From positions 868,001 to 932,000 of the forward strand of contig BROI01000006.1 in the NCBI GenBank assembly GCA_027923505.1: DNA of 64,000 nt. Direction: 5' to 3'. The position numbers were made by a program, and so were the translations under genes. Source of the stretch: Mayamaea pseudoterrestris (lineage: Eukaryota). The notes beneath the pieces are model-generated. The model saw only the letters and a list, made by a program, of their open reading frames with translations, made no database searches and was not told where the DNA came from. This document shows positions 1 to 10,526 of this stretch, piece by piece (position 1 is the first letter of the stretch; each line of letters begins with the position of its first letter).

Positions 1-102
1 AGTGGCGCTAGCAAGACGCCACTTAAGAGCCGTCAAGCAACTCCTGTCAAGGGATTGTTTGGCATTGGTGGCGGTCGTTCCAAGAGTGCCAAGGCCGTGT
101 AG
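1..102 (+). CDS. 3' end of a second copy of the ankyrin-repeat gene (runs off the window)
   Basis: Matches 19603-19704 (SGASKTPLKSRQATPVKGLFGIGGGRSKSAKAV*), offset 19602. Confidence 0.85.
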   Translation, partial: SGASKTPLKSRQATPVKGLFGIGGGRSKSAKAV

Positions 103-561
103 TAGATAAAGGGGAATAAGTGTGTATGTTTGCGTTTTACAATGCGTGCAGTGAACATGTAGCCAAGCGCTTGCATTCGCGCTGATTATTTGAGCGTGCC
201 ACACGATCACATTTCTTATTAAGATAACAAATTTTATTATAAACCCCACCAGCTCATGCCTGATATTGCTCGTCTGTCGAATGAATGCATTGTTAGATAT
301 TGTGCTCGACTGCTTTAGCCTGCTTGGAGAAATATTCTCTATATATAGCCTGTCAAGCGCTCTTGCGCTCTTTGATCAATGCAAAGTATTGAATTTTGTG
401 GCATTGAAAGCTGCTGTAGCCATCTGTAAGGGGTCAACAGTATAATATTTTACTGGTACGAGAGAATGGTGAGCATGAAATGCGGGTCTCGTCGGTTGGT
501 TAGCGCAAGGTCATAGCGGTAATGACGGCGGACCGACAGACGCTCGAAGCGACCGCAAAAG

Positions 562-828
562 TGATAACTTCTACAACACACCGTAATGGCCACACCACTG
601 TGTTGCCCCTTAGCCGGTAGGTTGGAGTCTCTATTCCCTCAAAGGTGCTTCGCCTCGATCCGATGATCAAGATGGGTTCAAGGAAATTGTGAGGCTCCAA
701 CCATCGGCCTCGGTATTTACTATTAGGTTATTCTATCCTACTCCCTTTGGTCCACGATTCCAGATTCCAGGCCGTTAGCTAGGTCACCATCGCCAGCACA
801 TCTTCGACACACTGTCGAGATTCTAACA
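562..828 (-). repeat. 3' LTR of copia element A, copy 1 (267 bp, TG...CA)
   Basis: TGATAAC...TCTAACA, the same as 20164-20430 and 26034-26300 except for 4 substitutions. A purine-rich PPT-like tract (minus strand AAGAGGAG) is adjacent at 829-836. Confidence 0.95.
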
Positions 829-3800
829 CTCCTCTTGAGCTACTAATGCACCGTGGCTCACCAAAGCTATTTAACCATACATGAATCCAGCAACCAGCTT
901 CCGAAACGTTGCCTGCGTTTGACCCTTCGTCAAGCAGTCCGCAAAGTTGTCGGTCCCATCAATCTTGATAGGATGCGCAATCCCCGCCGCAGCAGCCTCT
1001 CTCGTCTTGTGGTAAGCAATCGCCACATGCTTCTTCTTCAACAAGCTTTCCTTCATCGTCGAGTTCATGATGACTGCGCCGTTGTCCCCGCAAATGAGAC
1101 TTGGTTTAGACACCTTAACACCCAGACAACGAAGCATGTAACGGGTTGCAATCAGCTCTTCCACAGCCGTTCGCATTGCACAAAACTCAGCCCCATATGT
1201 AGACGTTTCAATCGCTCCTTGTCGTTTGCTCTGATGAAACACAGGAGTCCGACCAATAGCAATCAAAAGTCCTGTAATGGATCGCCTGGTAACCAAATCG
1301 TGAGCATGGTCCGAATCAACGAAAACGGTGATCGCCATCTCATCAATCAATGGTTTTGGTAAACTTGTATCAATCTCCTCGCTGGCTCCTTCATACAAAC
1401 CCGCAAACTCCTTTGTGAAATCAATCTTTAAAGCGTCTGCGCCGCCCTCATAGATTGGATCACGCGAATCAACAACAATGCGCCAATTCGGACGTCGTTT
1501 GAGATAGCCAAAGACTTGTAGCACTCGCTCGAGATGCCCCCTATGCGGGCATGCCGTAAAATGCGCAAGAGACGTATTAGCATGAGCGACATCAATCCTT
1601 CCAATGGTAACAATCCATACCAGCATGCCAATAAGCATTTGATACTTTCGATGCTCATCGTCGTTGAGCAATGGCGAGTCATCCATCTCTGGATGATCAC
1701 CCGTTGCTGTCGGATTAATGTGCTTCCGCAATTCACCAAACATGCCCTCGACACGCTTGATGGCCTCAGTCAAATACTTCCTGCAACCAATACACCAGCG
1801 ACCCCGTTTGTCCTGTTTGTAATCGTTTCCAAGGTAGTAATCCGGCGGACCAATCGCCTTGACCGAGTAAACAAGCTGGATTGCCTCCATGATGGCTTCC
1901 GGCTTCTTAGCGACAATCATAAAATCGTCCACATGCGTACAGATATACTCATAATGAGTCTCGTCTTCAGCCAAACGAATCCATACGTCTTTGTCATACC
2001 CAGTCGGTACAAAACCAATGCCTCGAAGTGTGTCTGCAAAGTGCGCGTGCCATCGTTCACTCGAAGACGACAAACCATACAGCGCCTTGACAATAATAAC
2101 AACACAACCTTCAAGGTCCGGTCCAAATTCGGGACCAGCAATGGCATAAACTTTCTCCTTGGTATAGGCATTAACGTATGCGTTTGCGACATCGCCGCAG
2201 AGCTGTTTCAAACCTGCTTTGTGAGCGATAACATGCAACAAACGAACGCTGATACCCTTTACCGTCGATGAGTATATATTGTGATCCAAAGCATCAACCA
2301 AGTGACCGCCAGCAACCAATCGTGCCTTGCGTCTCAGATCCTGCTTAACGTCAAAAATCATGACAAGCGTCGTCTTCTGATAGCCGCTCCCTGGGTCATG
2401 GTTTGCCGGTTTAAAGTCGAAACAATCGAGATCAGTTAGCGATTTAATCTCCAGCTTTATAGCGTCCTGCCAATAGGTATCGCCATTCTGCTCATCCAAT
2501 TTAATTGCGTCGCGAACATTCCTTGGCACCTGCACTCCATACTTGAGTGTCGGCTTGCGAGCAAAAAGTTTCTTCTTCTTCTTGTGGCTCGTGTTCCGAT
2601 GGACAGCATAAATCTCGTCGATATCGTCAAGACGAAAGTCATATAGATGCTGCATTCGCCGAACTGAATGATCCACATCACGAAGAGTCTTTTGCGCCCA
2701 TCCAAAGAGTCGATCTCGCTCGGTTGCCGCCTTGCCTGACCGAGTAGGCCGTTCCTTTACAACGTATCGCGCCGTGAGTAGCGGATAATCGGCTTTCATA
2801 TCCTTCAGCTCTTCCCACGTCGTATACCCTGAGCTCCATTTAACAATGAAACGCAGTCTGCCTTCTTTCCATCCGTGATTGACGATTGACGTAACTTTCA
2901 CGCCGCCAATCTCCTTGCTCTCTTGTAACGACGACAAAGCATCATTGATCTCATCGACCATTTCAAGCTCCTTTTCCGTCGCTTCCAAGGGATTAAAGCC
3001 CGACAATAGATGCTCCTCTGACTCATCATCGCCAGCGTCGCTCATATCATCATCTTCATTCCTTGGTGAGAGCCCAGGTAAATCATCTTTGTCGTCGCTG
3101 TCGCTGCCATTGTTGCCTGGACCTGCAGTCTCCTCTGACGCCGATAATTCGTCATCACTGGTAGCGTCATCTGCCCCCTTCTCCTCTGAATCCACACTCA
3201 TGGTAGGAGGAGAGTCTTGAACGCTGCCAGAGCTATCGTCATCGCTTCAGTTGCTTTCGTCGCTGCTGCTGTCAGCTCTCGTGTCTCGCTCTGCTCCGAT
3301 CGTTCGCGCTGCTTCTGACGTTTTCGCACAACAGCACGCTTCTTGTTCTCTTTCGCTTTTTATCAAATGTTGTGACACAAGATCGAAAGCCTCGTCGTCA
3401 AGCTTGTACTCGCGACAGACTCGTTGTCTTCGGTTTCGCCGAACTTTAACAACGTTAACGAGATCAGCTCTCTGCCCCTTCTCCCAGTTTCCTTCAGGCG
3501 TCATCCAAATGACATATGTAAATGCATCTCCATGATCCCACGCAATACCAATAAAGCGTCCAGGACAGAAGTTCGGCTCGAAACTTTGCCGTCGGGTTCA
3601 AAGTACCAAACGGGCTGCCAAAAGGTGAACCGAAAAACCGAAATGTCGGCGTCATGCCATGAAAACGTTCATAGGAGTTCTCAATCGAGGGGTCTTGCGA
3701 GCAGTGTAATTCAGACAGTCAACAATAAATTGTAGGCAGTAGCACCAAAACACAAGTGGTGCCTTCGCATAAGCACAAGTTCAAGAATCCTTTCGTTTCT

Positions 3801-4433
3801 TCCACATCATTGTCGCTCGCTCCGCTGATCTTGTTGCTGGTTATGAGGAACAGTCTTTTTTGTTACCACCAAGCGAACTCGGCTGGTCTCCCTTCCATTT
3901 CTTGCCAATTTCCGTCTTTTATCGGTAATCGGGCAAGTTCGAGAAACAAGCGAATAAAATCTTGAAAACACCATGCGACTCCTTTTCCGCGTCTCATGCA
4001 TAACAAAAGGAATTTCGTTGCCACTGAAAGATTTGAACACACATGTATCCGCGGATCGACTTTGTCTTTGCAAAAACGTGTCTGAATCCGTCCCTTCCTT
4101 CAATGCGTCGAGGATGCAAAGGTAAAACCGTTGCTTCCGATGCTGCCTCGGTTGTCCTGTTCTCCATTTCAACAGGTGATGCGCATCTCAATTAGTCGCC
4201 GTGAAGTGTCGCTCGGCCGTTGCCTCGACGAGTACCCAAAGACGAACACGCCAATCCGCTGGCTCCTCTGGCTGAATACTCGATGGTGCCCTGCGCGATG
4301 AACGAAAGATTTGTCCAGTTTCCAAGTTGGACTACCAGGGAGAAGCCAATGAATGTCCAAGTTAGCTAGCTCCCGCTCGATCCGGCTGCGATGATAGAGC
4401 GACATGGTTGAACCATCTACAAAGTCCAGAGCC
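562..4433 (-). mobile_element. 5'-truncated Ty1/copia (CoDi-like) LTR retrotransposon A, copy 1
   Basis: ORF 871-3201 has RT (KARLVAGG, ALYGL, THVDD) and RNase H (FVDSDHA, STYGAEF, ADCLTK). The integrase part (3240-4433) is frameshifted. Confidence 0.95.
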
Positions 4434-7400
4434 CGCCACAACACATCATGAACTCCCACAACTTCGCTCTCCGTCGAGCTTCTTGTTACCAACTTCTGTT
4501 TAGCCGACGTACTGTACACTGATCCTTGGCCAAGTGTCATTGTTCCACCAGTGTGACCCTTCATGTCTGGGTGCACCGCGTACGACGCATCCACCCACCA
4601 CTGGACTATCGGACTGGTCCGCCTTCAGCGTCAACACCATGTCCACGCTTCCGCGTAAATATTTAATCACTCTTGCAGCCTTCTTATAGTCGTCTTCGTC
4701 AGGCTGCTGCAGCCTCGTGCTCAAGAAAGAAATCGCTGTGCGAATATCCGGTCGCGCTCGCTGACTCAGATACAGACACTGCATCACAATCGTCACAAAA
4801 ATCTGCTTCTTCGCTTCGCTCAACATGACAGGATTTTCCGATATCTGAAACAAGTGACTGGCTGCGGAGTAGCTGCCGTTCCATCCATGTCGTCTGGCGC
4901 ATGATGCAGGATGTTCTTCACATATTCAACCATGTTTAGTGCGACGTCTCCATGCGGAGTATATTCCAATACCATGCCGAGGGAGTCTGGCACTTTTCCG
5001 CGTGACTTATTCATTGGAGTCTCCTTGCCAAACTCCTCATCCATCTGCGCGATGAACTCATCCACTACGCTCACGTCGACGTGCGAAATCTTCAAATCGT
5101 CCACGTGCCATCCCACGGTGATTTGCTTCCCATTGACAATCTTGTTGCACACACACGGATCGTACGGGTTCTTCTCGAAGCCCCACTCAAGCAATTTTGC
5201 GGACAACTTCTCCCAGAATAGTCGCGCTGCTCGAAGCGTACCATAAAGCGCCATGAGTAATTCAACATACATGACTTTCTCGCCATTCTCCATTGTGACG
5301 CAAGGCTCGTACATCTCGCGATCAATTTCCAACAGTAGCTCCACCATCTTCCCAGTGAAACGAACGTGCACCAACTCATCCATTTCCGCTTGCATGAAAG
5401 CACCCGGTACATCAACCACAGCAACCTCGCGCCCTTCCATAGCGTCAATGATAGCTGTCAGAAAGATGGCCTCTGTCGCTATCGTTGGAGATGCTGCGTC
5501 TTCCTTTGCAGTGTATGCTCGTTGCTTGCGTCCATCCGCGCATCCGCGTCCCTTCACAGTCCCGCATCTCTTGCGCTTGAGAAACATCAAATACGCCAGA
5601 GCGTCCTTGCGCTGCTGCGGAGTCAGAGTGCATTGAGGCACTGCCTTCATGACGTGCCTGTCGTGTAGCTGCTGCATTTCCTTGCGCACTGCCTCCACTC
5701 CAGCATCGCCAAAAGCCTTTAAACCTTGTCGCATATTCATCTGTGCCGTGACGAGTGGCTCCGACACTTCCTCTGCAGCGTCGAGCGTGAACAAATGAGC
5801 GAACGAGCGAGGTTTGCGCGCACGCAGGCCATACCGACCAGTGCGTGGGCCATAGCGCGCATCGAAATCCTCTTCGTCTGCAGCAGCTGGCACTCCTTCA
5901 ATTTCGCCTTCATCGGGCACTCCTTCAATTTCGCCATCATCCACGGCTGGCGCGTCGTCAAGTTCGCCGTCAATGGCCTCACCATCCTCGTCGTTCGGCA
6001 CTCCTTCGATTGCGCCGTCAGCACCATCGTCGTCGTCGTCGTCGTCATCGGTCGCATTCACTCCTTCGCTTCCGCCGGCAGAGTCGTCGTCACCGCGAGA
6101 AGCGTCGTCATCATAATCAGAGTCATCATCATCCTCGGCGTCATCTTCGTGCCACATGACTGGCTCAGCAGCCTCCGCAACACGGTGGCGGTCCATGAAC
6201 ACGATGCCCGGATTGGCCTTCTGTTGACGAGCGAGACGATGCACGCGCTCAATGACATCATCAGGCATGGGCAAAGGCGTAGCGTGCCCACGATTCAGAA
6301 CTTTGCCCGAAGACAAACTGAGGAAATAAAACCCACCCTGCACATTACCAGTCGGGCGCAGAGCCAGCGCACCGATCGTGCGCGCCTGCATGTCATTGCT
6401 GTGCGACTCATGCGTTTGCACATACTGACCAAATTCATACTTGCAATGCCGATTAAAGTCAACTGTCTGACCAGTCACAATAGTGCGTGGACTGAGATCC
6501 TTCGAAATGCCACGCTCGTTCGGAAACGCATTCAACCAAAACACGGCAGACTTCGTCATTTCGATAACCAAGCGTGCCGGCACGTGCTTAAATGGCAACG
6601 TGTTGTATGTCGCGCGCACCCGTTCTTTCACGACACGGATAAAACGTTCAATTTCGCCAACGTGTTCATCCTCAGATGTCGCATTGAGCGCCACTCCGAG
6701 ATCAGCCAACGCGCCAAGCATTGGAGCGAACTCCCCATCCATCAGAGCCGCGACGACACGGAACCCACCGCGTGCGTAAATCTTCAACACAGACTCGATT
6801 GCCTTCAACATAACCGGAAGCGTACGGTTTTGAATCACCTCAACCGTAGCAAAACGAATGCTGCGGGAGAACGTCACCAACATAGGGACTTTGTTGATAT
6901 ACATGATGTCAGCACAAAGAGTAACGTCTCGATAGCGACTCATGATAGCCGGTGGAAGCTGCTCAACAATCGCAGGCTTCACCAGATGCGACGCGCGACG
7001 CGTCGTCTTTCCTTTTAACGAGCCAACATCTGGTCCAAAGATGTGCTCAGCAGCCAGGATGTCGGCCTTCGTCACAGGACAGTTCGGCAACTGATTGCTA
7101 GTAACGATGCGCAGGTAATCCTTGAGGCTTGGCCGTCCAATTTTGATTTGCAGTTCCCTAGCTCTAACAGCGCGTAAATAGTCATCATTGGTGTAGTTAG
7201 TACGGTTATCGTCTACCGTAGTCAACATCGCCACTCCATCCTTGACATCGCTGCGCTTGCCCTTCGAAAAGCTCTCGCAAACATACAGCCCAGAGTCAGT
7301 CTCGACAAACTCTCGCTGCTTACCATCCGGCTTCTCCACAACGAACATTGGACGATCCACGCCGTGCATGAGATACTCCACGGTAAACTTCTTGCGGACT

Positions 7401-8912
7401 TGCGCCAAACTCAAAATGTTCGCCAGTCCCTGCGGATACCACCACACCGGACCATAGCCCTCCAGGTCGCCCATCATGTTCGTCCTTACTGTACCAGCGT
7501 TGCACTTGATCACCATCCACGTTGGCACCGGGCGAATGTTCGTCAGCATCTTGGCGTTGCAGAACAGATCCACTGTCGACTGATTGTCCAAGAGCACAGC
7601 CTTCTTCGAGATGTTCACCTTCGGCGGCTGCGCGAACATGTATCCGACCTCATCGTCGTCATCGCTTTCTTCCTCGCTACCCAGCGTGAAGTGCTGCGCC
7701 CCACTAGCCTCTGCAGCCGGCGCACTCTCCGTAGACTCCGTTCTCGTAGGACAGTCTCGCTGCACATGACCAACCTGTTGACAGGTCCAGCATCTGGGAG
7801 GGTCACGCGCTGTACCAGTCGTGTGAAACGCCACGCCCTCGTTCGTTGGCAACGTGGCTTCTCCATCCGCATGCTCACGACGCTGCATGATGTTGTATGC
7901 ATCGTGGATCGTCAACGGGAAGTTGTCGTGCCCGTCGAGGTAGCAGTTGCGCAAGTGCTTGCAATACCCAGCGTATTCGCCCGTTGCGCCACGCACGAAA
8001 AGCATCGCAAGCTCGAGCTCTTCGGCGGCCTTGATATCCTCCTTGTTCGCCTTGTTACGATTGTCATCCTTGGCAATGTTCAACGCCACAATCTCGTTGT
8101 GCATCGTGACGCCAACCGCCTTCGCCACGTCTGCCAGCGTGACCATGCTTTCGTAATATTTCTGCAGGCTTTCGCGCGCTCCTTGAGTACGTCCGAACAA
8201 CTCAGCTTGAATGTCCACGACTTGATCCACAAGTTTGCAGCGCCCTTCGTACGTATGCGAGATCTCCTTGATAATCGCCAGCAACTTAATTCCGTCCGTG
8301 TCCTCCTCGGCGTCTCGGAACTTGGCGTGCGACTTGACACGATCCTTCATACGCTCCGTGCATTGTCCATGCAACACGGCGTAGAGACCAGCGAGGAAGT
8401 CGGAGTATACACGCACGCGCTCGACATGCTCTTTCTTGTCGGCCTTGTATTCCTCGAGCATTATGGACCAGTCCGAGTCCGTCGTGTCGGCATCCTTCGT
8501 TGGACGTGCAGGCTCGTCAGGAATCTCCAGTTCCACGTTGCGCATGCCCTTGAGCAGCTCCTTGGTATATTTCTTGTAGGAGCGCCCGACGAAAGTGATG
8601 ATCTCGTTCGTCGTACGGATGAATCCATCGGGATCGCGCGAACCGTTATAGTCGTAGATGAATCCAGCGAGCGTCGGCTCGCTTCCTTGGAAATTTCCAC
8701 TCGGCGCACGACTCGGTCCGTTGAGTCTGTTACCATTGCCTTGATTCCCGGAACGATTCCCAGCACGATTCCCACGACGATAATGACGGTTGCGTCGGTT
8801 TCCTTCGCTTGCTGGCGGAGCGGGAGGTGCACCTCCACCGCTCGACGCCGCTCCTGTCGTCGGAGTATTGCTCGTCGAAGACATGTCTTTTCACTCGCTT
8901 CTTGGAGAAAAT
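4434..8912 (-). mobile_element. Ty1/copia element B (a different CoDi-like family), 3'-truncated in RNase H
   Basis: Gag with CCHC knuckle (CWTCQQVGHVQRDC), protease LLDNQST, integrase (LCADIM..MDGEF..EIERFIR), RT (KGRGCADG, ALYG, WHVDD). RNase H start (DASYAVH..SSTESE) follows after two frameshifts. No 3' LTR in the window. Confidence 0.93.
4820..8884 (-). CDS. Gag-Pol polyprotein of element B; continues by frameshift into 4500-4853 and 4434-4605
   Basis: 1354-aa ORF with domain order Gag-PR-IN-RT, the copia order. Confidence 0.9.
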   Translation of the reverse strand: MSSTSNTPTTGAASSGGGAPPAPPASEGNRRNRHYRRGNRAGNRSGNQGNGNRLNGPSRAPSGNFQGSEPTLAGFIYDYNGSRDPDGFIRTTNEIITFVGRSYKKYTKELLKGMRNVELEIPDEPARPTKDADTTDSDWSIMLEEYKADKKEHVERVRVYSDFLAGLYAVLHGQCTERMKDRVKSHAKFRDAEEDTDGIKLLAIIKEISHTYEGRCKLVDQVVDIQAELFGRTQGARESLQKYYESMVTLADVAKAVGVTMHNEIVALNIAKDDNRNKANKEDIKAAEELELAMLFVRGATGEYAGYCKHLRNCYLDGHDNFPLTIHDAYNIMQRREHADGEATLPTNEGVAFHTTGTARDPPRCWTCQQVGHVQRDCPTRTESTESAPAAEASGAQHFTLGSEEESDDDDEVGYMFAQPPKVNISKKAVLLDNQSTVDLFCNAKMLTNIRPVPTWMVIKCNAGTVRTNMMGDLEGYGPVWWYPQGLANILSLAQVRKKFTVEYLMHGVDRPMFVVEKPDGKQREFVETDSGLYVCESFSKGKRSDVKDGVAMLTTVDDNRTNYTNDDYLRAVRARELQIKIGRPSLKDYLRIVTSNQLPNCPVTKADILAAEHIFGPDVGSLKGKTTRRASHLVKPAIVEQLPPAIMSRYRDVTLCADIMYINKVPMLVTFSRSIRFATVEVIQNRTLPVMLKAIESVLKIYARGGFRVVAALMDGEFAPMLGALADLGVALNATSEDEHVGEIERFIRVVKERVRATYNTLPFKHVPARLVIEMTKSAVFWLNAFPNERGISKDLSPRTIVTGQTVDFNRHCKYEFGQYVQTHESHSNDMQARTIGALALRPTGNVQGGFYFLSLSSGKVLNRGHATPLPMPDDVIERVHRLARQQKANPGIVFMDRHRVAEAAEPVMWHEDDAEDDDDSDYDDDASRGDDDSAGGSEGVNATDDDDDDDDGADGAIEGVPNDEDGEAIDGELDDAPAVDDGEIEGVPDEGEIEGVPAAADEEDFDARYGPRTGRYGLRARKPRSFAHLFTLDAAEEVSEPLVTAQMNMRQGLKAFGDAGVEAVRKEMQQLHDRHVMKAVPQCTLTPQQRKDALAYLMFLKRKRCGTVKGRGCADGRKQRAYTAKEDAASPTIATEAIFLTAIIDAMEGREVAVVDVPGAFMQAEMDELVHVRFTGKMVELLLEIDREMYEPCVTMENGEKVMYVELLMALYGTLRAARLFWEKLSAKLLEWGFEKNPYDPCVCNKIVNGKQITVGWHVDDLKISHVDVSVVDEFIAQMDEEFGKETPMNKSRGKVPDSLGMVLEYTPHGDVALNMVEYVKNILHHAPDDMDGTAATPQPVTCFRYRKILSC

Positions 8913-9051
8913 GTTGGATCTAGAATATATCTTGCGCGCCCTTGAAGCGACACTAATGATTAAGCAGAACAGAGTCAATAAAACCACTTTACTTATTTTC
9001 TCCAAGAAGTGATCGTCCTCGATCCACTCCTTCGGTTGCCGCTTACCGCGC

Positions 9052-10050
9052 TTACTTAAATGTGACCGTCTTCGTGACGTCACCGCTGCCGCTTCGGTTT
9101 GGGTTCTCATCCATGCTCAACACCGTTGCACCATCGTCTAGTCCCAGCGCCGATGCTTTGAGCCTGATGGCACGCTTTTTGCGAGTGCCTGTGGTATGCG
9201 CCCGCTTCGTCGGACTATCAAGTATGGTTTTCGTGACGGGTGTTCCTGGGACGCTGCGTGAGCCGTTCATGTTGAGTGGCCTGACCTCAAATCGTCTGGA
9301 GCGAGGCGACAATATTCGCGGAGACACACCAGGCGGCGTATCGTAGGATGACTGTCGCAGAACGCCACTGCGCACATTGCTGGGCGTGATTGGTGGCGAC
9401 GGCAAGGCATTGTTTCGCGCCGTCCCTTCCTGTCTCATGGTCTGCCATTGCCCAGAGAATTCGGCAATGGACAGTTCTTCCTCTCCTTCGCCCTCGTGAA
9501 TCAAGTCTGATTGCGACATTGTGGTGGCAGCAAAGTGATTTCCTAGAGTTGTTTTCTTCTGGTGCTGTGGAGAGAACTGTACGACACTAAAATCGAACGA
9601 ATCGTGACCACCATCAAGCTCCTCTTCAGCTACCGGTGATCTGACTCTGGAAGATTGCTTGGAAGGAGGCGTGACCACGGGCGGCATGACAATCACTCTT
9701 TTTGGAGATGTCCTTCCACTAGAAGAGAAGGCTGCTTGGTCAATTACATCATTGCTGTTTACATTCCTTCCAAAATCACGGAAGACATTCTTTCTTGTTG
9801 CTACATCATCAAGTATCTGTAGCTCAACATCATCTTGCGTCGAAAATGAATCAGACTGCTGCGGCATCTCTCTCATCGCTCTCATAGCTGCTGCATTGAG
9901 GTTACGAGCGCTCGCTGACTTATACCGGTAGCGCTGGGCCTCTGCAAGAGCGGAAGCAATGTCGTGCTCCTCATCGGTCTCATCGCTGCTGTAAACGTCA
10001 GACGCCTTGGAGGAAAGACGCTGATTTAACGTTCTTGTTCCACGAAACAT
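9052..10050 (-). CDS. Hypothetical low-complexity Ser/Arg/Pro-rich protein
   Basis: 332-aa ATG-started ORF with protein-like composition and no recognisable domain. Confidence 0.65.
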   Translation of the reverse strand: MFRGTRTLNQRLSSKASDVYSSDETDEEHDIASALAEAQRYRYKSASARNLNAAAMRAMREMPQQSDSFSTQDDVELQILDDVATRKNVFRDFGRNVNSNDVIDQAAFSSSGRTSPKRVIVMPPVVTPPSKQSSRVRSPVAEEELDGGHDSFDFSVVQFSPQHQKKTTLGNHFAATTMSQSDLIHEGEGEEELSIAEFSGQWQTMRQEGTARNNALPSPPITPSNVRSGVLRQSSYDTPPGVSPRILSPRSRRFEVRPLNMNGSRSVPGTPVTKTILDSPTKRAHTTGTRKKRAIRLKASALGLDDGATVLSMDENPNRSGSGDVTKTVTFK

Positions 10051-10526
10051 TGTGGCGGCTGTAATAGTTGCCGATACTTTGACGAGATTGGACGCCGAGT
10101 GTTTTGTGAGCCGAGGCGACGGGCTTACAATTGAGCTGCGACGCCCAAGAGCTTGTTTGTGTCGTGGTGTCGACGCAAGAAAGGGAAACGATCGGTCATT
10201 TCCACAAGTGACTCATCGTCGGACAAAGTAGGAGCAGTTTCAATGAAAAATATTATTGCCCCAAGATCGCGCTAACAAACACGATCGATTTAAGTTGAAC
10301 TACGAATAAAAATCGCCAAATGCATGCTGGACGTCTTTAGCTCGTCTAATCCAGGAGCACTTGATCACTTCCTAAAGCAGTCAACCGCCTCCACTGCGCG
10401 GGATTCATGAATAATGCATCGGCACCGTGTCGCTGCAAAGTTTAAAGTACAAGCAAGTATCCTGGCCGTTGAGCGCACTCTGCGAGCATCACATTCTATC
10501 CAATACTCTATTGATTGTCGTCTGCA

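Larger units (their letters stand above)
1..4433. repeat. Segmental duplicate of 19603-~24052
   Basis: Offset is a constant 19602 bp over 1-~3240 (ORFs 500/20102, 853/20455, 871/20473). It includes non-TE flank. From ~3240 to 4433 the copy is indel-rich. Confidence 0.95.

Noticed and set aside
4434..8912. Nested insertion of B into A
   Set aside because: There is no LTR or TSD at the junction, and the 5' half of A does not resume beyond B.
5726..8923. Long + strand ORFs (430 and 519 aa)
   Set aside because: Antisense shadows of element B gag-pol. The same applies to those opposite the ankyrin gene, eIF3d and element A.
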